A stretch of 64,000 bases of DNA from Dendrobates tinctorius (Eukaryota), in the NCBI RefSeq assembly GCF_039654945.1, contig NW_027361754.1, forward strand, positions 20,832,001 through 20,896,000, read 5' to 3'. Made by a program: the position numbers and the translations under genes. This document shows, one piece after another, positions 10,275 through 21,271 of this stretch. Each line of letters begins with the position of its first letter. The stretch's first letter is position 1. A model generated the notes under the pieces. That model was not told the DNA's origin. It did no database searches and worked only from the letters and a program-made list of their open reading frames with translations.

Positions 10275-11570
10275 TGAATACCATGTTTTGGCATAGGTGG
10301 TTTCCTTCATTGGAGACTGCCCTTCCCGTGGTTGTTCCTTTCCGGGGAAAGACCTGGCTAGTCATTGCTTACGTTGAGAAACATGTGATGGTGTCTCCAC
10401 GGCTTGTGTTTTGCATGTTTTTGCATATTTCCCATAAGGGATGGGGGCATTGCTCTAGAATCACTGCGTTGAGAAACATGCGATGGTGTCTCCGCAGTGT
10501 TGGATGTTGATCTCCATGAGTTCATTCATCCTCATTCCTCCAGTAATATAGGCTGGATGTGAGCTATTTGTGTCTCCTCCAGTAACATAGGCTGGATGTG
10601 AGCTCTGTGTCTCTCCTCCAGTAATATAGGCTGGATGTGCGCTCTGTGTGTCTCCTCCAGTAATATAGGCTGGATGTGAGGTATGTGTGTCTCCCCCAGT
10701 AATATAGGCTGAAAGTGAGCTCTGTGTCTCTCCCTGTAATATGGGGTGGATGCGAGCTGTGAGTGTCTCCTCCAGTATTATAGGCTGGATGTGAGCTATG
10801 TGTGTCTCCCCTAGTAATATAGGTTGAAAGTGAGCTCTGTGTCTCTCCCTGTAATTTGGGGTGGATGCGAGCTGTGAGTGTCTCCTCCAGTAATATAGGC
10901 TGGATATGAGCTATGTGTGTCTCCTCCAGTAATATAGGCTGGATGTGAGCTCTGTGTGTCTCCTCCAGTAATATAGGCTGGATGTGAGCTCTGTGTGTCT
11001 TCCCCAGTAATATAGGCTGAAAGTGAGCTCTGTGTCGCTCCCTGTAATATGGGGTGGATGCGAGCTGTGAGTGTCTCTCTATGTAATTTGGTTGGATGTG
11101 AGCTGTGTGTATATCCAGGGTGCTGCAGTATTCAATTGCTCATATATCAACACAGCTTCTATCCTGCACTCTCTACTTGTTAATGTGCTTTCTTCCTTCT
11201 TTTTAGCCATTTTTCTCTGCTCTCCCTGAGACTGTAGATACTTTCTCCCCTATCTATAACCCTACTTTCTCTCCTCTCCATAACCCTTTACTTTAAAGCC
11301 AGGTTATACATTTTCCACCAGAGATATTGCAAATAATCCACAGCAAAATCAACATATATTACATATTAATTTTTTGGTAAATCTACCATAGTTTGTTTTT
11401 TTTAATTGGGACCATGTGATACCACATCTTCCCTGCAGTGGTGGATGGATGCCACAGCGTCTATCCAGGCTGTGCCCGCTGTCACAGAGGCACAACATGA
11501 GCGTGTACACCTTGTAATAGCTGATAACACTGTGTGCACTAGACCTAATTCTCTTCCATCCGTTACTTAC

Positions 11571-11709
11571 AGGTTCCCAGTAGTTGAAGGTTTCATCGCA
11601 GTCGGAGATGTTGCTCAGTAATGCGGCACAGAAGCGGGCAGAGATCAGGCATTTAAATGCAGTGGCTCCTTCAGGTGCCCACACTTGTCCGGCCTTACTA
11701 CACGCAGAT
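11571..11709 (-). CDS. ALG9: ALG9 coding exon 2 (SACSKAGQVWAPEGATAFKCLISARFCAALLSNISDCDETFNYWEP)
   Basis: Hallmark DCDETFNYWEP motif; CAG acceptor and GTAAGT donor; 139 bp. Confidence 0.97.
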
Positions 11710-12074
11710 CTGGGGAACGAACACAAGACGTCACCATTAATAAAGAACACGGCAGAGATCCTGTACAGGCCAAAACTCTGTGTGTGGCCAATACTTGTAT
11801 TTGGGCAGTAAATAGAGGTGTTGATGAATTTACCAAATCTCACCCACATATTGCAGCAAAATCTGACCCGGGCGTGGACTGTGGATTCGCTACATGTGGT
11901 TTTCTGCTGCGGATTTTACCCTTGCAATGCACAAATAAAATCCAGAAAACCCACAGCGGAAAATGTGCCCCCGGGGCAAAGTCAGCAGATTGCAAATGAC
12001 TGACCTCTACGTATGGGAACACAGATATATGGGGTCCGATATACAGATCCTGTACGTGTGGCGGTCAGCCATCA

Positions 12075-13262
12075 ATGGGGAATATATGCGGGGAAGAGAC
12101 GCGGGCGGGGCCCCACATGCGGGGAAGAGACGCGGGCGGGGCCCCACAAGCGGGGAAGAGACGCGGGCGGGGCCCCACATGCGGGGAGCAGATATATACG
12201 GGGTCCCACATACAGGGAAGAGACATGTACGGGGTCCCACATACAGGAAAGAGACATGTACGGGGTCCCACATACAGGGAAGAGACATGTACGGGGTCCC
12301 ACATACAGGGAAGAGACATGTACGGGGTCCCATCTATGGGGAGCAGATATATACGGGGTACCATATACAGGGAAGAGATATACATGGGGTCTCTTCTACG
12401 GGGAACAGATATATGGGGGTACCATAAACAGGGAAGAGACATGTACGGGGTCCCACATACAGGGAAGAGACATGTACGGGGTCCCACATACGGGGAAGCG
12501 ACATGTACGGGGTCCCATATACAGGGAAGAGAGATGTATGGGGTCCCATATACAGGGAAGAGAGATGTATGGGGTCCCATCTACGGGGTCCCATCTACGG
12601 GGAGCAGATATATACGGGGTACCATATACAGGGAAGAGATATACATGGGGTCTCTTCTACGGGGAACAGATATATGGGGGTCCCACATACAGGGAAGAGA
12701 CATGTACGGGGTCCCACATACAGGGAAGAGACATGTACGGGGTCCCATCTACGGGGAGCAGATATATACGGGGTACCATATACAGGGAAGAGATATACAT
12801 GGGGTCTCTTCTACGGGGAACAGATATATGGGTGTCCCATAAACAGGGAAGAGATATGTACAGGGTCCCACATACAGGGAAGAGACATGTACGGGGTCCC
12901 ACATACAGGGAAGAGACATGTACGGGGTCCCACATACAGGGAAGAGACATGTACGGGGTCCCATCTACGGGGAGCAGATATATACGGGGTACCATATACA
13001 GGGAAGAGATATACATGGGGTCTCTTCTACGGGGAACAGATATATGGGTGTCCCATAAACAGGGAAGAGATATGTACGGGGTCCCACATACAGGGAAGAG
13101 ACATGTACGGGGTCCCATCTACGGGGAGCAGATATATACGGATTCTCATCTATGGGGAACAGATATATATGGGGTCTCATCTATGGAAGATAGATATATA
13201 CAGAGAGATATACTGTATACGGGGTCCCATCTATGGAAGACAGATATACAGGGTCCCATCTA
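12075..13262. repeat. ~31-bp minisatellite (GGGGTCCCACATACAGGGAAGAGACATGTAC and variants) in ALG9 intron 1
   Basis: Direct inspection; recurring variant blocks. Confidence 0.95.
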
Positions 13263-13377
13263 GGAGGGACAGATGTCTGGGTCCTATTTGTGACATGCAG
13301 CCCCTCACTACACGCCACCCTTCCATTACACGCCCCTATACACAGACCACCACCCTTATTCCCGGCGCTGTCCTCAC

Positions 13378-13484
13378 TCTGTTCTTTGCTCCGGTCCCCG
13401 GTTCTCTTCCTTGTGTTTTCCGCTGTTTTCCTCCCTTTCTCCGCCGGTTCCTTTCCATCGGTGTCGAGTTCCCTTGGACGCCAT
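13378..13484 (-). CDS. ALG9: ALG9 alpha-1,2-mannosyltransferase, coding exon 1 (MASKGTRHRWKG...EQRT)
   Basis: ATG at 13484 in a GC-rich promoter context; N-terminus resembles vertebrate ALG9 (MASRGARQRLKG); GTGAG donor at 13377; phase 2 joins exon 2 in frame. Confidence 0.85.
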
Positions 13485-13494
13485 TGCTACTGTG

Positions 13495-13600
13495 GGCAGG
13501 AGGAAGTTACTTCCGCGCACGGGTGAAGAGTGAGGAATTGGCAGACGCCACGTTTACTACTGGCGCCTTGACGTCCTATTGCGCATGCGCGGTGCGTAGA
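13495..13600. promoter_or_regulatory. ALG9 proximal promoter: ETS-like GGAAGT/ACTTCCG sites, CRE-like TGACGTC (13569-13575), NRF1 palindrome TGCGCATGCGC (13580-13590)
   Basis: Motif matches immediately upstream of the ALG9 ATG in CpG-rich sequence; typical housekeeping promoter. Confidence 0.6.
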
Positions 13601-13737
13601 ATGCCGTGTGCCACTTAGGGAAGATGTGAGCGGGGCAGAGAATCCGTCATGGAGGTTCTGTGTGGAACAGATCACCGTCTGCTGGGTCTGCGCACCTCCC
13701 TGTGCTGCGGTTATTACATACGTCTTCTATTCATTTA

Positions 13738-13964
13738 GGCTATGTGCACACGCTGCAGATTCACCTGCAGGTTTTTCCCCGCGGAACCGCAGGTAAAGTG
13801 ACCTGCGGTTTCACACCTCTACTATGTTAAAGGTGTGAAACCGCAGCGGAATCCGCAGAAACAATTGACATGCTGCGGAAAAAAAACCAGCGTGAGCACT
13901 GCGGTTTTGAAAACCCATAGGGTTACATGTCTGCAGAACTGCTGCGGTTCCGGTGCACATAGCC
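13738..13964. mobile_element. Harbinger-type MITE upstream of the ALG9 promoter
   Basis: TIRs GGCTATGTGCAC / GTGCACATAGCC; TTA/TCA flanks; CTGCGG-rich interior shared with elements at 48181 and 55246. Confidence 0.75.
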
Positions 13965-15832
13965 TCACTTCTCTCCAATGTACTTTATCACCTAGTGCAG
14001 TTAACCCTTTAATAGTGTGCCAAAAATGGAAATCACAGGTGCTAGGTTCTGCGTCACGACTTACACGTTCGTCCAGGTGGCGCTGTAATAGCAGCACTGA
14101 TGCTACTGGAAATGCTTGCTGCTTGTTGCAGTCAGTAGCCACAGCATCTAGGCGGTCACACCACTTATTTGTTTATTAGTGGCACTTAATTTTCCAAAAA
14201 CCATAGCATGGGGGAACCTGTTTACATACAAGAGTTCCCCTTTAAACCTTCCGCCCTTTACAGGTGCCCATATACCCTAGCTAGCTGTGGCCGGAAGCTA
14301 AACCGCTATCGCTTTTGACTTCGCCATACACAATATTCAATGTGTCCGATCTGTTATGTCTCGCCTGGTGATGTGGATCCTCGAAGCGGTTGGCACAGAC
14401 TGATGGCGCAGCAGAGATCTGTTTGGAACAAAGGAGGCCGATGTGGCAGACCTAGAACAACGGCAACTGATGAAGCAGGTGTAGCAGACATGTATTTGCA
14501 GTGGCGGTTCGGAGTCAGGACTGGCCAGCAGTGCGATGCAGCAGAGCCATCAAAGTGAGGAGGAATCTGAGTAGCAGTGCTGCGCTACATAGTAGGTTTA
14601 ACGCAGTGGAGCTGGCACGGCCCTGAACAGAGATAACTGAGCGATGACGAAGAGGAGGGCACAGCACCGAACCCTGGATCCACGAGAGGAACACCATCCT
14701 TCTCTTCCATGACATCATGGCCTGCTGAAATCTGTGGACTCCGCCAAAAGGGGTTGTCCAGGATTTGGACATTACGTGCGATAAACATACAGCTCGGTAC
14801 ATCCATATTGCGAACACCATGAAACATTCACATATTGTATTTCATCATCCTCACAGACGGCGCACAGTGCATACATGACTGAATTAGATGTTTACAACCT
14901 TGGGTTGGGATATAAATGTTTCTGCTGACTCTGTCCCAGGCTACACAGCAAAGCCTAAAAAAAAGGTCAGCAGAAAACAGAAACTTGTATTCTATTGTTT
15001 GCTCCGGTAGTGGAAAAAATGGAAATATATGCAGAATATTTCCTTTTTATATGGACACAAAAAAATACACCAGAATAATGTAAAAAAATATTTATAGTCA
15101 ATATTTTTCTATATCAAATACATGATGTACAGCTCTGCACAATAGTTTTCCAGTAAAAAGTTGTCACTTCCGCATCGGTAGGTGAGTGTGATTGCCACAC
15201 TGTCCAGTCGAGAAAGACAAACATCTGTAATCCAAAAACTACTGGCAGATATATGAAAACAAATTGTGAGTTTTTTACTTAAAGCCACAGTTTATTTTGG
15301 CAGCTTTTTTTTATTTTTTTCAGAACGTTGGGGCATATTCTACATGTGATTAAAAAAAAAATAAAACTTTTTTTATTTATACACATAGAAAACATACGGT
15401 ATATATAGTAAATAACATATTTTTATATTCTATGTATAAACCAAAAAATGTATTTTGTTTACATATTTTTTTCTATGTGTATATGTATAAAAAAGAGAGA
15501 CAAAGATTTTTCAAGTCCTAAAGTGGGACTAATCCAAAAAGAAATTTTTGTTACAAATGTAAAAGAAAAATGTAAACAAGATTATTTTTAAATGGCCTTT
15601 TTCCCCTGTACTTGTTTCCCTAGAATATAAATAAATTAAATAATAATAATAAAAATCACATTACTGGAGGCGCCACATTAGTTACAACTCTGAATAAAAA
15701 CATTAGATAACCCAAATGGTGAAAAAAAATAAAAAATGTCAGAATTGCTGCTTTTTATTTGACTTATCCCAACAGATGATAAATTAAAAAAAAAAAAAAC
15801 CACATGCACCAATAAGTATTTTAACTCATGAT

Positions 15833-17236
15833 AAGTGATAAGCGAGCGTACTCGGGTAAGGTGTTATCTGAGCATGCTCCTGTCCTAAACGAGTGACTTT
15901 GGTGTGCTCGAAAAAATGCTGGAGTCTCTGCGGCTGCATGTCTCGCTCCTGTTCGACAGATTATTATTAATTATTGTTATAGCGCCATTTATTCCATGGC
16001 GCTTTACATGTAAGGAGGGGTATACATAAAAACAAGTACAATAATGTTAAACAATACAAGTCATAACTGATACAGGAGGAGAGCGGACCCTGCCTGCGTG
16101 GGCTCACAATCTACAAGGGATGGGTGATAATACAGTAGGCGAGGGTAGAGCTGGTCATGCAGCGGTTTGGTCGATCCGTGGTTACTGCAGGTTGTAGGCT
16201 TGTCGGAAGAGGTGGGTCTTCAGGCTCTTTTTAAAGGTTTCGATGGTAGGTGAGAGTCTGATATGTTGTGGTAGAGAGTTCCAGAGTAGGGGTGATGCAC
16301 GAGAGAAATCTTGTATGCGATTGTGGGAAGAGGAGATAAGAGGGGAGTAGAGAAGGAGATCTTGGTCACAGATGTATGGAGGAGACAGGTTGTGGATGGC
16401 TTTGTATGTCATGGTTAGGGTTTTGTACTGGAGTCTCTGGGCAATGGGGAGCCAGTGAAGGGATTGACAGAGGGGAGAAGCTGGGGAATAGCGGGGGGGA
16501 TAGTTGAATTAGTCGGGCAGCAGAGTTTAGAATAGATTGGAGGGGTGCGAGAGTGTTCAAGGGGAGGCCACAGAGCAGGAGGTAGCAGTAGACAAGGCGA
16601 GAGATTATGAGGGCATGGACTAGGGTTTTTGCAGATTCTTGGGTGAGGAATGAACGGATTCGTGAAATATTTTTGAGTTGAAGTCGTCAGGAAGAGGAAA
16701 GGGCTTGGATATGTGGTTTGAAGGAGAGATCAGCGTCAAGGATTACCCCGAGGCAGTGAGCTTGTGGGACTGGGGAGAGTAAGCAGCTATTTACTGTAAT
16801 GGATAGGTTTGGGGAGGGGGTCACGTGAGATGGGGGAAAGATGATGAATTCTGTTTTGTCCATGTTAAGTTTCAGAAATCTAGCAGAGAAGAAGGATGAA
16901 ATAGTGGACAGACATTGAGTGATTCTGGTTAGCAGGGAGGTGATATCTGGTCCAGAGATGTAGATCTGTGTGTCATCAGCATAGAGGTGATACTGAAATC
17001 CATGAGATTCTATGAGCTGTCCCAGGCCAAAGGTGTAAATGGAGAAGAGCAGATATACCGTAACACATTCAGGGATTACATAACAAACAAGCAATCCATG
17101 CATGCATTGCGGCTGTTGAACAGCCGCGAGATATGCTGCCGCGGGGACTCCAGTAATTTTTTCGAGCACACCAAAGTCTTTTAGGACACGAGCATACTCA
17201 GATAACATCTTATCTGAGAACGCTCGCTCATCACTG
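15833..17236. mobile_element. hAT-type MITE (xAGTGATGAGCGA termini) interrupted by an L2 fragment
   Basis: Termini match the uninterrupted copy at 19126-19432; 8-bp flanks CTCATGAT / ATCATGAT. Confidence 0.75.
15961..17050 (-). mobile_element. L2-type LINE 3' portion
   Basis: [25 protein letters not shown] and KTHLFRQAY in minus-strand ORFs; AATAA-type tail at the low-coordinate end. Confidence 0.9.
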
Positions 17237-17478
17237 ATCATGATGTAAAAGAATGGAAAAATAATAACAGTAATGGCTCCCAGAATATGGCGACAAGAAA
17301 ATGATTATTTTCTTTCATTTCAAATGGATTTAATTTTGAAAAGGGTGAAAAGCCGACCCTTCCAGTCCCTGTACGGACGTGTTCAGCGCGTACGTGCCAA
17401 ACCACCTGCTTACTTATACGCAGTGTGAATGCGGCCTCAGATGTCTGGAAATGGTTTCCAGATAACCCCTACGAGCCG

Positions 17479-18547
17479 CTATCTGAGAACAACGTGTAAA
17501 CGCCTTGGCAGCTCATCCCGAAGCTGCAGCTGCATCGCCAGCGCCGATCTGTAACTCAGCGCTCGGTCACAGGACTGATATTTCAGCCGGTAACACAGAC
17601 CAGTTCTCCCAGTTTCAGTATTTTTATACAGATCCAGAAGCTGAATATCCATGATGTTTCCCTTTGACATTTGCAACGCTACGGTGTGAAACTCGACGTC
17701 ATCAAATGCGGCGTTCTCCTCCACCCAAAAACTAACATCGTGGATATAATAAGGGGGATATAGGGAGAACGTCTGGTGAGGTTTTAGGTCACGATGATGG
17801 AACTGGGCTCCGAATCTGTCATCCTCTGTCCATAGCAGTCGCCAGTCTTCAATCCTGAGCAGACACATGGCGAGTAAATCTAAATTCAGGGATACTATGA
17901 AAGTTTTGGGCTGACCTCCGGCGGGGACCTCTTTGATCGTCCCTATCATCCAGTCAGGATTAGCAGGTGACATGGTGACGATATAATCTTTTTCCAGATG
18001 AAACGTTATTTTCTCACTACTTACAGTTTCCATAGATATGATGGACGCCATCACTGTGCTCATGGTGTCCATCACCAGTTGGAGCTGTTCTCGGCAATCC
18101 AACAACATGAGCATCTCATGATAAATCGGCATGGACTGCGGAGATATCAGACACTTCCTAAAGACAAGGCCGCTCACGACGGTCAGAGAATTTGGTCTGC
18201 AGTTGGATTTATGAGAAATGTCGCTGATAAAACACGTCAGCGTCGGTCTCAGATGATGGAGCCCCGCCGTCCGATTATTATCTGGGTGAGCTGCCTCAAC
18301 AGAACATAAGTGTGTCGTGTGTAAATCATCAGAAATCTCTGATCCTTCCTTCTCTGTACCAGCAGTCACAGTGTAAAGTTTGGAGTGAGACGCTAAATAT
18401 GGGGGACGAGAAGAACAAGCATCATTGCGACAAATTAGAGGAAAAGTGTCTTCCAAAACGTTCACCTGAAGCTTCTGATGAAAACACTTCACCAGCTCTT
18501 TATAGATTACACCGATGGGGTGAAGAGATGTTTTACCTAGGAAACCC
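17479..18547 (-). CDS. FDXACB1: FDXACB1 last coding exon (PheRS-like region and ferredoxin-fold anticodon-binding domain)
   Basis: SLNLDLLAM, DWRLLWT, SLYPPYYIHDVSFW and LCYRLKYQSCDRAL match vertebrate FDXACB1; CAG acceptor at 18548; TAG stop. Confidence 0.95.
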
Positions 18548-19125
18548 CTGAAAGAATAAAAAAAATACAGAATTAATACAATTTACATTCTTTCAAGGCT
18601 CTCGGTTCAATAGAAAGTAAATTAATTTTCACACCATATTTTTACTGTATTTTTAGAAAAAATTATTAGATAAAAAATATTCAGACTTTCTAGTCTAGAA
18701 TAATGGATAGGAATCTGTCAGAACAAAACGACTGTTCAAACCAAGCACAGGTACACGGGTGCATACTTGTCGCGTGCAATCGGTTCCTTCCCACTTTTGT
18801 TAAATCTATTTCTGACCTCTCTTATTTGACAGCTCTGGGTTTACGTGAGCCAGAAGAGGGTAGAGAAAGATGGAAAACGGTATTAAAATGTTTGGCCACT
18901 CCAAGGGTGCACTGAGCTCCATTGCTGAACAGATCAATTACATCAAGACAAGGCAGGGAGGACTATATGGCTGTGAGCTTTCCACCCAACCAGCAAGAGA
19001 TAAAACATGCTTCAGAGAGGGGCTGGAGAAATACTTTGATGACCTGGGACCAAATGGGATTGAGCAGCCTTCACTGTTCTGTATTACCTGCAAGCTCTAC
19101 AAGCCAAATATTTACAACTGAAAAT

Positions 19126-19432
19126 TAGTGATGAGTGAACGTGCTTGGATAAGGTGTTATCTGAGAATGCTCGAGTGCTAACCGAGTGACTTCAGCGTGC
19201 TCAAATAATATGTTTGAGTCCCCGTGCCTGCATGACTTATGTCTCTTCAACAACCACAACCCACGCAGGGATTGCCTGTTTGTTTTGCAATCCCTGCATG
19301 TGTTGCGGCTGTTGAACAGCCACGAGTCAGGCAGGCACGGGGACATGAACATATTTTTCGAACACACAGAAGGCACTCAGCACCCAAGCATTCTCAGATA
19401 ACACCTTATCTGAACATGTTCGCTCATCACTA
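19126..19432. mobile_element. hAT-type MITE
   Basis: Long imperfect TIRs TAGTGATGAG…GATAAGGTGTTATCTGAG / CTCAGATAACACCTTATC…CTCATCACTA. Confidence 0.8.
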
Positions 19433-19904
19433 ATACAAATCTCTTTTGCAAACACGCATGCAATGCAATGATGAAAAGGTGTGCACGTCCTATAGTAAGA
19501 AACACCTGTAAAAAAATAGATTTTCCCCAGTTCTGTTCACAAATGATAGTAAAGGAGTTGGCAACAGCCACCTGCTGCACTCGAGCTGTTGTGAAACTAC
19601 AACTCCCAGCAAGTCCTAATGGCCAAAGTTTATCATGGCATGTTAAGAGTTGCAGTTTCACAATTGCTGGAATGCTGCAGGTTGCTGACCCCTGCAGCAT
19701 AGTAAAGGGGCCAGATCTGCAAACTCCTATAAAGATTTGTCAGAACAGAAGAATAATCAATACCACCGGCACTTACAGGAGACAATGACTGGAATATATG
19801 TATAAGCTTTCTTACTTTCTTTACTCTTGTACATGAGTTAAGGAAAAATGGGGGTTCGGAGACTAATGTATGGTAACCAAAAAAGTTTTATCCCAAGTAA
19901 TCAC

Positions 19905-20051
19905 CCATCAACTTCATCATCAATGCACTTCGGTTCCTGGACAGAAGTTAACTTCTCAATTATTTGCAATGCTGATAAGTTCTCCAGTGGTAAACTTCTG
20001 GTAAAAACGTGGTTCAACGCTCCGATAACATGGAACGATTTCTCCTGGCTC
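19905..20051 (-). CDS. FDXACB1: FDXACB1 coding exon 4 (SQEKSFHVIGALNHVFTRSLP...)
   Basis: Manual translation; TAG acceptor; GTGATT donor gives the correct phase. Confidence 0.88.
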
Positions 20052-20225
20052 CTACAAAAGAAAGAGAGAAATATTCATTTTAACTATTACGATATAATGT
20101 GAAAATAATGTAATAATACAAGTTCTAGTTTCAGCAAATGAAGGTTATTCATTATGCAATAAAACAGTTAAAGTTTCCATTTTAGCTACTGTCTCAATCC
20201 TTGCAACTTTCAAGATCACTGCTTA

Positions 20226-20724
20226 GGCTGGTTTCACATTAGCGCTTTTTAAGCGCACGCACGGCCGGGGGTAGCTCCGCCCCCGAGCCGGCTCTCTGCC
20301 CGGTGTGCCCGCCCCTTGCTTGTAGCGCCGCCTCCTAGCGCACAGCGGCGCCTGCGATCGGCGCACCCTATCTTTAGCATAGGGTGCGCAGATCGTGCGC
20401 AGGCCGTGCGCTAGTTGCGCTTTGACCTGCGCTGCGCACTTTTGACGGTGCGCCGTGCGCGCCAAAATCAAACTTTTCGGATTTTGGCGAGCACGGCGCA
20501 CCGTCAAAAGTGCGCAGCGCAGGTCAAAGCGCAACTAGCGCACGGCCTGCGCACGATCTGCGCACCCTATGCTAAAGATAGGGTGCGCCGATCGCAGGCG
20601 CCGCTGTGCGCTAGGAGGCGGCGCTACAAGCAAGGGGCGGGCACGCCGGGCAGAGAGCCGGCTCGGGGGCGGAGCTACCCCCGGCCGTGCGTGCGCTTAA
20701 AAAAGCGCTAATGTGAAACCAGCC
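20226..20724. mobile_element. Palindromic PIF/Harbinger-type MITE, 499 bp
   Basis: GGCTGGTTTCACA termini; TTA on both flanks; arms nearly perfectly complementary around a ~10-nt loop near 20470-20479. Confidence 0.9.
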
Positions 20725-21067
20725 TTACTGTCACTCAATGGGAATTCTCATCATTTACTTGGGGGAGATGTAAACTTTGTACCGGCCATGCGATGATCAC
20801 GCAGGTGGTCTGCTCATTACAAGGCAAGTATGATCATAGCAAGTCTCGGAAAAGTTTGCTCCTCATACTAATTGACTGCACGCAGAAATCTTAAAAATCA
20901 TGAAAAACTGATAATGAAAGTATCGAGAAAAATGTAAGAAAACGTCGTAACATTGAACTAAAATGGACGCCGTGAATATTTTTGCTCATCTCTTAAAAAA
21001 AAAAAACCCTACTTCGTACCCTATAATACTCCTGTAAGATAATAGTTTTGCTATACAGTCTCATTAC

Positions 21068-21271
21068 CTGTACCCGGTGCTCTGGTAGCCGTAGTGTTTA
21101 TCAGACTCAAACGGGACCACTGATGTCAGGATGAACCCGGCCGTTGCAGCCATGGCCACCACTTGCCAGCTGTTATGCCATTCCCTCTTTGACTGATCAG
21201 CAGGAGTGCCACCTTGCCCCTGGCATAAGGCTACATGGATTTCACCTTTCGCTGAAAGTACACATGTACAG
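21068..21271 (-). CDS. FDXACB1: FDXACB1 coding exon 3 (…GEIHVALCQGQGGTPAD…REWHNSWQVVAMAA…TGYR)
   Basis: Manual translation; CAG/GTAATG boundaries; 204 bp. Confidence 0.95.

Larger units (their letters stand above)
9404..10536. mobile_element. Non-coding hammerhead-ribozyme repeat element (retrozyme / Penelope-like pseudo-LTR), 351-bp unit, about 3.2 units with an internal inversion
   Basis: 351-bp tandem periodicity in 9404-9987; inverted copies 9992-10536; flanking duplication CCTCCAGTAATAT; a hammerhead core in each full unit. Confidence 0.88.
9300..11105. repeat. Second, more diverged array of the ~39-bp unit, split by the ribozyme-bearing insertion
   Basis: CCAGTAATATAGGCTGGATGTGAGC units at 9300-9403 and 10537-11105. 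Confidence 0.9.

Noticed and set aside
9404-10510. Short repeated ORFs (MQNTSRGDTITC…) in the ribozyme element
   Set aside because: No recognisable domain, and they are broken differently between copies; the conserved feature is the RNA structure
11963-13618. Multiple overlapping ORFs on both strands
   Set aside because: Products of the 31-bp minisatellite; the same applies to 30482-31475 and 48848-49768
14000-14830. Moderately GC-rich segment that looks like decayed coding sequence
   Set aside because: No motif or splice structure I could assign; probably an old TE fragment, needs a Dfam or tBLASTx search
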